From NCBI RefSeq assembly GCF_009914755.1, contig NC_060935.1: a stretch of DNA of 64,000 bases; one strand, 5' to 3'. Below the pieces are notes generated by a model. That model did not search any database. It was not told where the DNA came from and worked only from the letters and a program-made list of their open reading frames with translations. This DNA comes from the human T2T-CHM13v2.0 reference genome, Homo sapiens. Numbering within the stretch: position 1 is the stretch's first letter; each line of letters opens with the position of its first letter. Positions 45,425 through 62,835 of the stretch are shown in pieces. Made by a program: the position numbers and the translations under genes.

Positions 45425-46309
45425 TTAAGTACTTAATAAACATAAATTTAAACGTATCACTGAAGTTCTAAGGGAACTGAGAGAAAGATGACAGTCAAGG
45501 ATGATCCATAGTCAAAGGCTTCCTTGGGAAGGGAATTGAGGTTTATTTTAAAAGAAATGATAACCATGGATTGGCTTAGAGGGGGAAGATTTCTAGGTAG
45601 AAAGAATGTTCCATGCTATGGTGCAGAGAGGTAGGAAATACATGTGCAATTACAAACTTTCTTGAATAGAGCAAGAGATCTGCCAAAATAGTAGATTGTT
45701 CAAAGAATGTTTATTGTGTGCCAGGCACAATGCTAAGCTTGGAGAAACAGTGGTGAACAAAACACATTATCATGGCTCAAAGAAACGTACAATCTAGTGA
45801 CCAAAAACATAGTAAAATACATAAAGTAATTACGAATTATGATTTTACTAGGAAATAATAGTGGTAAGTCTGAGAAGATTCTTCTGAGGAGGTTAACATT
45901 TAAATTGAGACTTAAGCGTATGAATGTTCTCAAAAACAATTATAGCATATGCAAAGGCTCCAAGATGGAATGAATTTGTTATGTTCTAGAACCTGACAGA
46001 AGTCATTGTGGATGGAACAAGTCGGCAAGAAAGAAAGTGCCATGAATTGAAGTTGGAAAGATAGAAAGATAGATCACACACCTCTTGTAAGCCAATGAGG
46101 GGAGTTTGAAATTTAACTTAAGTGCAATGGGAAACCAGTACAAGATTTTAAGCAAGAGAGTGCTATGCATTTTTGAAAGATCAAAAGATCACTGTGGCTG
46201 TTATATGGTAAGTGGATTCAAGAGGACATGTAGAAGTAAGGAAACTAGCATCATGGTCTAATGACAAACGAGGGCAGCTTGGGCAAGGATGGTTTCGGTG
46301 ACGATGGAG

Positions 46310-46706
46310 TGTCATGAGCTGAACTGTGTGCCCCTGTCCCCCATATTCATATGTCGAAATCCTAATCCCCAGTACCTTTGAATGGGACTGTACTTGGAGA
46401 TAGGGCCTTTGAAAAGGTAACAAAGGCAAAATGAGGTAATTTGTGTAGGCCCTAATTAAATCTGACTGCTGTCCTTATAAGAGGAAGAAGTTAGAACACA
46501 GCACAGAAGAACGATCATGTGAAGAAACCGGAAGAAGATGGTCATCTACAGGCCAAGGAGAGAAGTCTTAGAATAAACCAATCCATCCTGCTGGAACCTC
46601 GATCTTGGACTTCTAGCCTCCAGGACTGTGAGAAAATAACTTTCTATTGTTTAAGTCACCGAACCTGTGGTACTTAGTTATGACGGCCTAAAGCAAACAT
46701 ATATAT
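46310..46706 (+). mobile_element. MaLR solo LTR (MLT1B-like) within L2-like sequence
   Basis: tgtcatgagctgaactgtgtgcccc...gatagggcctttg...gatcttggacttctagcctccaggactgtgagaaaataa. Confidence 0.75.
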
Positions 46707-46827
46707 GGAAGGAAGTTGGTGTATCCAGATGTGCTTTTGGACCTGAAACCAATGTTACTTGCTGATGGATTGAATTGGGAAAGTCAAGAAGACTCTCAGC
46801 CTCCTAGTTATAAAACTTTTAGAATAG

Positions 46828-47149
<322 letters not shown>

Positions 47150-47685
47150 TGATGTACCTGAAATATTTAACAAGAAACAATCTTGTGAAATAAAAGAGCA
47201 ACAGCTGATTGAAGGCTTTGAAATCCAGAGAGAAGTACAGGAATTAAATGAAACAGGATGATATGTGGAAGCCTTGAGAAAAGTGTGTCACACAAATGTA
47301 AGTCCTTGTTGTTAACTTCATCATGGTTGTTTTTAGTGTATGATACACTATAGTGATCAAATACAGTTTTGAGTGGGTGAGCAAGGGTGAAAATGGTACT
47401 TGAGGGAAATGGCTGTAGAATTGAAGAAGATTGATAGAAACAGGAAAGGCTGTATGCAGCCTGGGAAACCAGCCAGGAATTGGCTGCAGAAATTGAGGTA
47501 TGAGCTGAGAAGTATCTGATGTCCCAGGGAAGGTCAAAGGGATTGGAGATATTTCAGTAAAACACATACACACATACACTTTTATATACATAAATGCATT
47601 AAATAGCTAGAGGCCAAAAGGAAAAATGTAACCAAACCGTATGTCATTTTCTGTATAGGCAGCAATCCTATTTAAAGTAATTTTC

Positions 47686-48392
<707 letters not shown>

Positions 48393-48777
48393 TAGTCTCA
48401 TACTCCTGGCCTCAAGTGATCTGCCCACCTCAGCCGCCCAAATTGCTGGGATTACAGGCGTGAGCCACTGTGCCTGGCCTAAAGTAATTTTCTTTTTAAA
48501 ACCTTTTTGGAGCTAGGCAAGTGGCTTGTGCCTGTACTATCAGCTACTGGGGAAGCTGAGGCAGGAAGCTCGCTTGACCCCAGGAGTTTGAGGCTTTAAT
48601 GCACTATGATTATGCCTGTGAATGGCCACTGCACTCTAGCCTGGGCAACATAGTGAGAGCCTGTCTATAAAACCAAAAAAAAAGGCCGGGCACGGTGGCT
48701 CACGCCTGTAATCCCAACACTTTGGGAGGCTGAGGCAGGCGGATCACGAGGTCAGGAGATCGAGGCCATCCTGGCTA

Positions 48778-49006
<229 letters not shown>

Positions 49007-49184
49007 CTACCACAATGCTTTGTACATAAATGTAATAAATGCTTGTATATTAGAGACGTAATCGCTCATATTTCATCTTATTTTAAAAGGTAGTAGATAG
49101 TATGGTGGGATATCTCTAGACCAGGAACTGGAAGTTCTGGCTCTGCCACTGGTTATTGATTTGCTCTGGGCAAATCATTTAAAC

Positions 49185-49352
49185 CAGCACAGTCCAAGAG
49201 AAATATCTGTGATGAAGAGACAATTATCTATACCTGTGCTATCTACCATAGCTACTAGCCACATGTGTGGCTACTGAGCACTTGAAAAGTGGCTAGTGTG
49301 ACTAAAGAACTGAATTTTTTGTTAAAATATGGCTAGTGGCTGCCATATTGGG
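49185..49352. mobile_element. MER3/MER33-like hAT remnant
   Basis: gctactagccacatgtg...gctactgagcacttgaaa...ggctagtgtgactaaagaactgaatttt motifs. Confidence 0.55.
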
Positions 49353-49625
49353 TGATGGAGATTAACCTCCCAAGCCCTTGAGTTCTTCCGTAAAATGAAG
49401 AAGTTAAGTGATCTCCTTTGCCTTTTGATTCTAAAATGTTCTTTTATTAATTCAGCACAACAAATACATGGGCACAAGAGAAGAGCTTAAATTTTTATTT
49501 CCTAACCAAAAAAATATTTTTAAAGAATGTTAAATTATACACTTTTTACATATAGAAAATTTTGATAAGTTTTAATCAATTGTATATACAAAAATGATGT
49601 TTTGGACTGTCTGTAGCATATATCA

Positions 49626-49927
<302 letters not shown>

Positions 49928-50150
49928 TTAATAAATAAATAAGAATGTGGACTGCTTGGAGAGGCTTCAGAAGTCTGTGAGATGATTGAAGAGTTGAGAA
50001 ACAGACTGAGTAAAGGTTAAGGGACCCAGATTGTTTAGAAAAAAGACTGAGGGAATAATGACTACATTCAAGTATATGAAGGGTTATTAGACAGAAATGG
50101 TATCCAGCTGTTCTCCACTTATTAGACAAAATACTAGGAACTTAGGTTAA

Positions 50151-50532
<382 letters not shown>

Positions 50533-50538
50533 TAATAG

Positions 50539-50808
<270 letters not shown>

Positions 50809-50932
50809 TGAGATTACAGGCCTGAGCCACCGCGTCGGCCTACTTAATGGTTTTTAAAATGTATTTGTGCAGCCGGCGCGGTGGCTTATGTCTGTAATCC
50901 CAGCACTTTGGGAGGCCCAGGCAGGCAGATCA

Positions 50933-51166
<234 letters not shown>

Positions 51167-51807
51167 CTACGTTATGTTGAAGATACGTGTATGACAAAGC
51201 AGCAGTCACAGAATGTTAAAACTATAAACATGGCTCGGTGCAGTGGCTCACGCCTGTAATGCCAGCACTCTGGGAGGCTGAGGCAGGTGGATCACTTGAG
51301 GTCAGGAGTTCAAGACCAGCCTGGCCAACATGGTGAAACCTCATCTCTACAAAATTAGAAAAATTAGTCAGGCATGATGGCACATGCCTGTAGTCCCAGC
51401 TACTCAGAAGGCTGAGGCAGAAGACTCGCTTGAACCCAGGAGGTGGAGGTTGCAGTGAGCCAAGATCACACCACTGCACTCCAGCCTGGGTGACAGACTC
51501 CACATCAAAAAAAAAAAAAAATTACAAACAAATTGGAATCACTGCTTAAGAGATTAATTGTCAGCTTTCAGGTAGGAGTCAAGACATCAGTTCGTAAGAT
51601 CCTTTACAACATGAATATGTTACAAATGAGATAGATATTTTCAGTTATCAATTAAATACATATACGCTAGATATAGATATTTGCGGGGAAAATGAGATTA
51701 AAGGATTTGTCTATAAAATGAAGACATTTACTTTGATGCATAATGTTTACAAAGGATGATATTTAATATTAATAGAACAAAAACAGAATGTAGAAGATAA
51801 TATAGAG

Positions 51808-52323
<516 letters not shown>

Positions 52324-52747
52324 ACAGATAATCATATATATAGTATATTTAGAAGACATCTTTCCATTTTTAGTATAATTTAGTAAAGTATAGTAAATAA
52401 TGAGATCTAGTAGCCTTTATTTTCAAGCCGGGATGTGGAAAAGTATAAGCCGGAATTTGATAACTGGTATTGTATATAGCATTTGAGAGGCTATTTAGGG
52501 GGCCTATTTGGTGCATGCCACACCTAGCTCTGCCCTAAGCCTGAAGCGCCTCATACTGCAAAATTCTTCACACCCGGCTATTCGGCCCAACTTTAATTTC
52601 TCTCATAAGGATAATTTCAGCTAGATTTTAGAAGAAAAACAAATATAATTGAAAATTAATTTTTACTGTAGCACATATGACTTTATATTTTAAAAAAAGA
52701 AGCTGATTAACCAAAATGCATCTATAGTTGGAAGAATATAAAAATGA

Positions 52748-53096
<349 letters not shown>

Positions 53097-54674
53097 TGAC
53101 CAGGTTGGTCTCAAACTGGCCTCGTGATCCGCCTGCCTCTGCCTCCCAAAGTGCTGGGATTACAGGCGTAAGCCATCGCGCCTGGCCAACTGTTACTTTT
53201 ATTCCATCAAAAACATTTGAGCGTACAAGACAAATGCATTAGCATTTAGTCAGTGTTGTGATGTCTTGGAGATATATGGTATAGAAACATCTGTCTGGTC
53301 TGTGGAGGCTGAATTTTCAAAATTAGAGTCATGGCAGCAAGTTAGTTGTTTGAGATTCAACCGTATCTTCACTTTTGGGCTCCAACATCTCTCTCCTTAC
53401 CTCTCTCCCCTCCCTCTTTTGAACATTTCTTGAACACCTATTATTTGTTGAGCATTGCTGTCATGGGGATATAAAGATGGGAGATACTGTTGCAGAAGCA
53501 CTCAGAGGAGTGCTGTGACACAAACATGCATAAAAACTATTACAACAAACTATGGTTAATGCCATGATGGAGGCAATAGCTAGATTCTTTGAGAGCCCAG
53601 AGGTGAAGCCCCTTGCCTACTCTGGGGTGGGGACCGATGAGCAGGGGAGAACCATGAGGGCTCTCTGTTAGAGGTTAAGTCTTGAAGGTTGAGTTTCAGG
53701 GGAAACTATGTGAAAAGGAGGCAAGTGAGTTCCAAGCAGCAGTAAAAACATCTGCAGTGGTAAAAGGATGAGAGGAAAAATGGCTCACTCAAGAAACCAC
53801 AAGTGGTTCAATATGTCTGGAAACAAAGCAGACATAGATGAGGAGTGGCAAAAGATAGGTTGAGGAGAGCAGCAAGGACCAGAATGGTTAAAAGCCTCAT
53901 ATGCCATTCTAAGGGGGCTGAATTTGTCCTGAATGGTATCACACCTTGATCAGACTTGCATGTTGGCAAGCTCACTCTGACATCAGAATAGAAGTCTGAT
54001 GGAGCCAGGTACAACTAGAAGCAGGATGCCGGAAGCAGTAGCTCACGTCTGTAATCCCAGCACTTTGGGAGGCCGAGGCGGGTGGATCACCTAAGGCCAG
54101 GAGTTGGAGACCAGCCTAACCAACATGGTGAAACCCCGTCTCTACAAAAAATACAAAAATTAGCCGGGTGTAGTGGTATGCGCCTATAGTCTCAGCTATT
54201 TGGGAGGCTGAGGCAGAAGAATCGCTTCAACCTGGGAGGCGGAGGTTGCAATGAGCCGAGATCACGCTACTGCACTCCAGCCTGGGTGACAGAGCGACCA
54301 TCTGTCTCAAAAAAAAAACAAAAAACAAAACAAACAAACAAACAAAAAAAAGCTAGAAGCAGGAACATGATTTTGGTGGTACTGCAAAAACAAACAAACA
54401 AAAAGATAAGAAGTGAAGTATTATAGACGTGAAAATGGGCATGTGGTTGGGTGGTAGACTTTCAGATATCTGAAAGAAAATTAACACAAATGAGTAGTAA
54501 GTAAGTTGTAAGTGATGGTGAGAAGGTGATTAAGGGGACACCCAGTTTTCTGGCTTAAACAAGCATGTGGACCATGATGCCATTAACTGAGCTGGTGAAT
54601 CAGAAGAAGGATGTGGCTTGCGAGGTTGTGTACATGGCTGGTGATGGAGGAGGGTAGAGGTAAAGAGTTCACTT

Positions 54675-54704
54675 TTAATTAATTAATTAATTAATTAATT
54701 AATT
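54675..54704. repeat. (TTAA)7 self-complementary microsatellite forming an Alu tail
   Basis: ttaattaattaattaattaattaattaatt. Confidence 0.9.
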
Positions 54705-55159
54705 TCTTGAGACAGAGTCTCACCTGTCGCCCAGGCTGGAGTGCAGTGGTGTGATCTCAGCTCACTGCAACCTCCTCCTCCCATGTTCAAGTGATTCTCA
54801 GTGCCTCAGCTTCCCAAGTAGCTGGGACCACAGGCGTGTGCCACCATGCCCGGCTAATTTTTGTATTTTTAGTAGAGACAGGGTTTCACTCTGTGGGCCA
54901 GGCGGGTCTCGAACTCCTGACCTCAAGTGATCTGCCTGCCTTGGACTCCCAAAGTGTTGGGATTACAGGCGTGAGCCACCACACCTGGCCAAGAATTCAC
55001 TTTTAGATGTGTTGAGTCAGAGGTAAATGAACACAAAGTGAAGTGAACAGGCATGTGGATTGCTCTTTCCAAAAATGTACCTGTGAAGGGAAGAACTTGT
55101 GAGGATGTAGATATGTTTATGTAGGTCAGGGAAAGATTTTTTTTTTTTTTTTTTTTTGA

Positions 55160-55264
<105 letters not shown>

Positions 55265-55906
55265 TGAGTAGCTGGGATTACAGACATGTGCCACCATACC
55301 CAGCTAATTTTTGAATTTTTAGTAGAGATGGGGTTTCTCCATGTTGGTCAGGCTGGTCTCGAACTCCCGACCTCAGGTGATCTGCCCGCCTTAGCCTCCC
55401 AAAGTGCTGGGATTACAGGCGTGAGCCACCACGACCAGCCAGGGAAAGACTTTCAAGGCTTTTGTATATGGTGGCCTCCATATCTCTGAGCAACTGGAGA
55501 AGATGTCATTTTCTGAGGGGCAGGGGGATAATGAATAAATGTGATGAGTTACGTGACTAAGTTTAGAATAGCTATATCATGCAAGAAAAGGCTCATTACA
55601 GATGCAGGGAAACATGGTTCAGTTAGAGACTATAAATGTGGAAGGACACTAATGCATTCACATGTGAGATTCCTTTCCGTTGGCCCCAGAAACCAAGGTG
55701 TTAGCCAGGCTTCTCGGAGGCTGGAAGAGAGCTGACCACTTCTTTCAAGTTCCCAGTGTACTTAGCATGCCAGAATGCCAAGAGAAGGTTCTAAAACATT
55801 GGTATGTTTCAAATGTTTACACTTAACAAGTTAATACTTTTAACATGGGATAATTACAAAGAAAAATAATTGTGATATTCACCAGATAATTATAGAATTT
55901 ACTTAA

Positions 55907-56224
<318 letters not shown>

Positions 56225-56227
56225 TGA

Positions 56228-56512
<285 letters not shown>

Positions 56513-56773
56513 TAAACTATTAATTCATAATGCATTATAGATAGTGTCATTTGGTGATGAGACAAAGTTTAAAGTTCTACAAAGAATGCCTCCTTGTATA
56601 GTGTAGGCATATATTTGGGAAGGTAGTGTAACCTTATTTGGACAAAATGTTAAAAGCTTTGATTGAAGCTTCTCATGAATGTGGGGCTAGGCCCTATAAG
56701 CTTAGGCGTTGGAATAAAACACAGATAACTGGATTAAAACAGTATAACAGATTCGGTTCATTAAAATCCATGA

Positions 56774-57124
<351 letters not shown>

Positions 57125-57158
57125 TGAATTACGATTTCCAAACTGAATGGCAAGGATG

Positions 57159-57558
57159 TTATCTTAGTCTGTTTGTGCTGCTATAAAAAATACCACATAC
57201 TGGATAATTTATAAATACTAGAATTTTATTTCTCACAGTTCCGGAGGTTGGGAAGTCCAAGATCAAGGCAGCAACAGGTTTGCTGTCTCATGACAGCTGC
57301 TTTCTACTTCCAAGATGGTGCCTTGTTGCTGCATCCTCTTAAAGGGATGAAGGCTGTGTCCTCACACAGCAGACAGATGAAAGGGCAAAACAGCTGAATG
57401 CTGTGTGAAGCCTCTTGTATAAAGTTCTTAATCCCATTTAGGAGGGAGGAACCTTCGTGACCTAATCACCTCCTTAAAGGCCCCACCTCTTTAATACTGA
57501 TGCACTGGAGACGTTTCAACATGAATTTTGGAGAGACAGAAACACCCAAACCATAACA
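57159..57558 (-). mobile_element. MaLR solo LTR (MST-like)
   Basis: tcttagtctgtttgtgctgctata...ttatttctcacagtt...gaagtccaagatcaagg...caaaccataaca. Confidence 0.75.
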
Positions 57559-58197
57559 GAAATGAAAAGGGAAGGGAGTGATAGGTTGCAGAAAAGGGAG
57601 AGGTTAAGGATAAATGAGATGTGAGTAATGAAATAAGAGAACCAGATGATTATTAAGAATATGGTATACCATAGTCTGACTTCACTACTGGAGTATTTCT
57701 GGATGATGCAGAGTACAGACGAAGGGGCAGGTGGCTAAAGTGAAGTAGAGATGAGGGTCCATTTTAGTTGACAGGTCAACTAATTGGGATACGCATGTTT
57801 TGAGATAGTGATCTACCTGGACATTGAAAATGATCCAGGATAAGGGTGCATCTTTATACGAAGAAGGTGACTCCCTATTTTAAGATGCTGCCAACAGATA
57901 ATTGGTCCACAAAATGGGCAGAAGAGGAAGGGAGTAGACAAAGGACTGAATATGTTATCTTTATCCCCTACTACACCGTGGTTGAAATTGTATAAACGAG
58001 GAATAGTAAATTACAAAATCTTGGTTGATGATACAGAAGTGCTTACAGAACATAGTCACTCCAAAGACCCTTTCACTCCACTTATCAAAGTAATTTTGTC
58101 CTCAGTTTAATGGCAGGTGAAACAATATTGAACAAAGCAGCCTCTGCTGTATCTGAAGCCCTTTAGTTAGTGTTCATAGCAGTAAATGCTCTAGTAA

Positions 58198-58356
<159 letters not shown>

Positions 58357-60778
58357 TGAGTAGCTGGGACTACAGGAACATGCCACCACACCTGGCTAAT
58401 TTTTATGTATTTTTTTTTTTGTAGAGACAGGGTATCACCATTTTGGCCAGACTGGTCTCGAACTTCTGACCTCAGGTGATTCCCCTGCCTTGGCCTCCCA
58501 AAGTGCTGGGACTACAGGCATGAACCACCGCACCCGGCCCACTTTGGTTCCTAAAGTTTTCTTTCAGGTAAAGTTTTTAATGCATAGTTTCTGCCCAAAG
58601 GTTTTGTTTGTGTGGACTGATTATTGGATAAGAGAGGAAGGGACTACCAACAGGGTCCCTGAGGCTGTGCTTAGAAAGAGAGGGCTGCTGCAAGGAGAGG
58701 CTATGTTACTACCTGTGAAATAATCTGTGAACATGGGACAACAATGACAACTGACATTGATGTGGAACTCACTGCACGTCCCAAACTGGGCTAAGTACTT
58801 TATATCCATTGACTCATTTAATGCCCCAACAACTATGAGGTAGGTGTTATTACCCCTGATGCTAATATTAAAGAACAGGAAATAAATAACTTGTCCAAAA
58901 CCTCACAGCTAGTAAATGGCAGAACTGGGACCTGAACTCAAAACTCTGTAACTCCAGAACCTGCAAGTCTGTCGTTAAATGCACTTGACATTTAGGAGTG
59001 GGAACAAATCCAAGAACTAGTCATGGGTGTCATTTACTCTGATCCTTTTTTTCAGACAGGAAACTGGGGGTTCAGAGTAGTTGATTGGAATCTTCTGTTA
59101 GAATTTTGAGTGTCTGAGGCCTGCTCCTTTGGCCGAGCCCTACCACACCAAGTGATACAGATCCTTCAGAATTCTCCTGGGCATGTTCTGGCTGAAGGAA
59201 GAAATTACCTTTTTGCTCACGGACTTTTTCCTTGCTTAATCCTACTTATACCTTTGTTTCACTAGCATTGTAGACAAAATCATTAAAACAAGAAAGCCAG
59301 ATTTCCTTAGAATGGGCTTGTGCATTTAAAATTAGACTGATGTTGCACAATCCTATGAATATATTTAAAAAAACAGTGAATTGCTTAAATATACTAATAT
59401 GTACAACTATTGCAAAAACTGTATGGTATATAAATTATATCTCAACAAGGATGCTTTAAAAAAAAAAAACCCAGAGTGTATGACTTAAAAAACATTTCTA
59501 TTGTTTTTGAGTGGCTTCCAGAAGGGCTCCTTGTACATCAGGTGCCTGGGATGACCTCCTTGCCCATTCATTTCTTATTCAGTCCACATTAACGGAGTCC
59601 ACCGTTGGGCCAGGCACAGGGATAGCAGGGGTAGGGACCCAGCTCCTTGAGGATGAAAGACAGGTACAGAGGCATGAATGCTTGTACCTGAAGACGCACT
59701 AATTTTTTGGGTTGCGGCTTCCAGTGACTATTGCAAATTCGAGTACTAAAAAAGTTGATGTGATTTCACTATTTGGAAAATGTAGTGTTTTTGTTTCTTT
59801 TAATAAGTTACACTGAGTTACAGACCTGGTCTCAAAGCTTCAATTACAGTAACCGTTTACCCCTCTCAAGTGAGTTTTTGCAGACTAACAGATAAGTGAA
59901 ACAATTACAAAATAAAGTTAATGCTGAAAACAATGGATCTTTATTAACATCAATGCCGGCTCACGGTATCTATTTTAACTCCAATCTATCCTCGCGGCTT
60001 TAAGCTCGCACAGGCGCTCCGCTCGGTCAAGCCGGGGTAACGCGAGGAGGAGGAGGTGGGTTCGCACATCCTCTCTCCACTTCTTTCGGCCTTGGCCCTT
60101 TCGCAGGTCCAGGCGAACTGGAAGCGCCTTTCCCGAGCACGGGCGGGGAAAAGGGGCCGAGCGGAGCGGAAGAACTTCCTGCAGCCAAGGGCGCCCGCGT
60201 TCTCCGCAGACACCACAGTTCGGACCCGGATTGGACCCATCGTTTGCGGTTCGCGGGGCAGAATACGGGGCACGCTTCGGGCCCCTGCCCGGCTGAGCGC
60301 GGGCGAAGGGCGGACCGGGCCAGGGCGAGCGGGTCACGTGCGGCCGGGAGAGGCGCCGCGGGCCGGGAGTGTGCAGGAATGTAGCAACTTGCAGCGAAAA
60401 GTTTCCCTGCGCTGCCGGCCGGGCCGCGGTGCGGGCGGGCGCGCAGAGGAAGGAAGAGCCGAGAGGAGGCGGGGCCGCGGCGGCGCGGGCGGGCGCTTCT
60501 CCTAACTTTAGTTTTGGCGTTTGAGGCGAGTTTCTGTCTCAGTCGGGCGCAGCCGCCGCCAGGGAAAAGAAAGGGAGGAAGGAAGGAACAAGAAAAGGAA
60601 ATAAAGAGAAAGGGGAGGCGGGGAAAGGCAACGAGCTGTCCGGCCTCCGTCAAGGGAGTTGGAGGGAAAAAGTTCTCAGGCGCCGCAGGTCCGAGTGCCT
60701 CGCAGCCCCTCCCGAGGCGCAGCCGCCAGACCAGTGGAGCCGGGGCGCAGGGCGGGGGCGGAGGCGCCGGGGCGGGGG

Positions 60779-60811
60779 ATGCGGGGCCGCGGCGCAGCCC
60801 CCCGGCCCTGA
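60779..60811 (+). other. Upstream ORF (MRGRGAAPRP*) in the presumed YAP1 5'UTR
   Basis: only ATG between 60541 and 60939; TGA at 60809-60811; context gggATGc. Confidence 0.6.
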
Positions 60812-60891
60812 GAGCGAGGACAGCGCCGCCCGGCCCGCAGCCGTCGCCGCTTCTCCACCTCGGCCCGTGGAGCCGGGGCGTCCGGGCGTAG

Positions 60892-61758
<867 letters not shown>

Positions 61759-62689
61759 TGAAGTTGAGCCCTGGGCCCCTTTCCTTTGCGGCCTCTCGGT
61801 CCACTTCAGTCTCCTGGGGGAGTCAAATAATTGTTCTCTTGTTTTCCAGTGTTGATTAGAGGTGGGGGTAGAACCGGTCCATTTAGTTTTTTGCTCTTTC
61901 TTTCCTTCCCCCCTCCCGTTTCCCCTCCCCCTCCCGTAAGCATTTATTTTCCTCGCGGCTCAGGCGATTTCGGAATACAGGTTTCGGGCTTCCCCTGCCC
62001 AGACTTTCCTGGAAGTTGTTTATGGAGTTCTTTCACCCCTGCTCTTCCCTTGTGTGTTGGAACTTGGGCCGGCTTGCTCTTATCAAACTTAGTAGGTCGC
62101 GTGTTGGTTTCCCAGTTGTAGACTATTATTTACAGTCGGCTGAAACGCTTTTGAATTAGCCACATCTGTACGTTGCGCAGGAACTGAGTTGCGCTTTACA
62201 GTACCGAGGTTTTAACACAAGCCTTTGATAATACACTGCAGGTTGACTCATAGGCCAAGTCCTGCCTAGTTCAACTGTGATTAAAAGTTAATGTTTGGGA
62301 AGCGATGACTAATTCTAGGATCGCCATTGCTTTTTAATTCTTATTGCGGATATGAACATGGCTGCTATTCCACATACACAATGTTCGATTATTGTGCCAA
62401 CTTGATTCAGCATAGAAGTGAAACTGTTTATAATGAGTGTTAACATTCCAATAGGTCCCAGTGGATTTGTTTTGTGTAGGGTTCTCTCTTTTTCTTTCTT
62501 TTTTATTTCTTCTTCTTTTTTTTTTTTTTTTTTTTTGAGAACTTGCTTCAGGCTAAACTTCAGCATAGGAACTTTGCCCAAAAGTTAATAGGTTTTCCAA
62601 ATACTGCAATGTAGTTAGCCCACTCGGGATGTAACTTGAGTGGAAAGAAGAGTTACCGCCCCCACTCCCATTCCCTCTCCTATTTGCAG

Positions 62690-62835
62690 GCCTGTTGTAT
62701 AGTCTCCTGTCGGAGACCAAAGGGTTTTGGAACTCAGAAAAAATCACTTAACCTGATGACAAAAACCCGGGTTAAGGAGGAGGAAAGAAGGAAAAACAAT
62801 TTAGCTGCTTGCCTAAACACTTCAATTTGTCTTAG
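62690..62835 (+). other. YAP1: Exon-like segment in YAP1 intron 1 (candidate alternative first exon or cassette exon)
   Basis: pyrimidine tract plus ttgcag at 62671-62689; donor AG|GTATGC at 62835/62836; unique non-repeat sequence. Confidence 0.5.

Noticed and set aside
60599-60604. AATAAA in the YAP1 leader
   Set aside because: Chance word in a purine tract near the promoter, with no downstream GU-rich element
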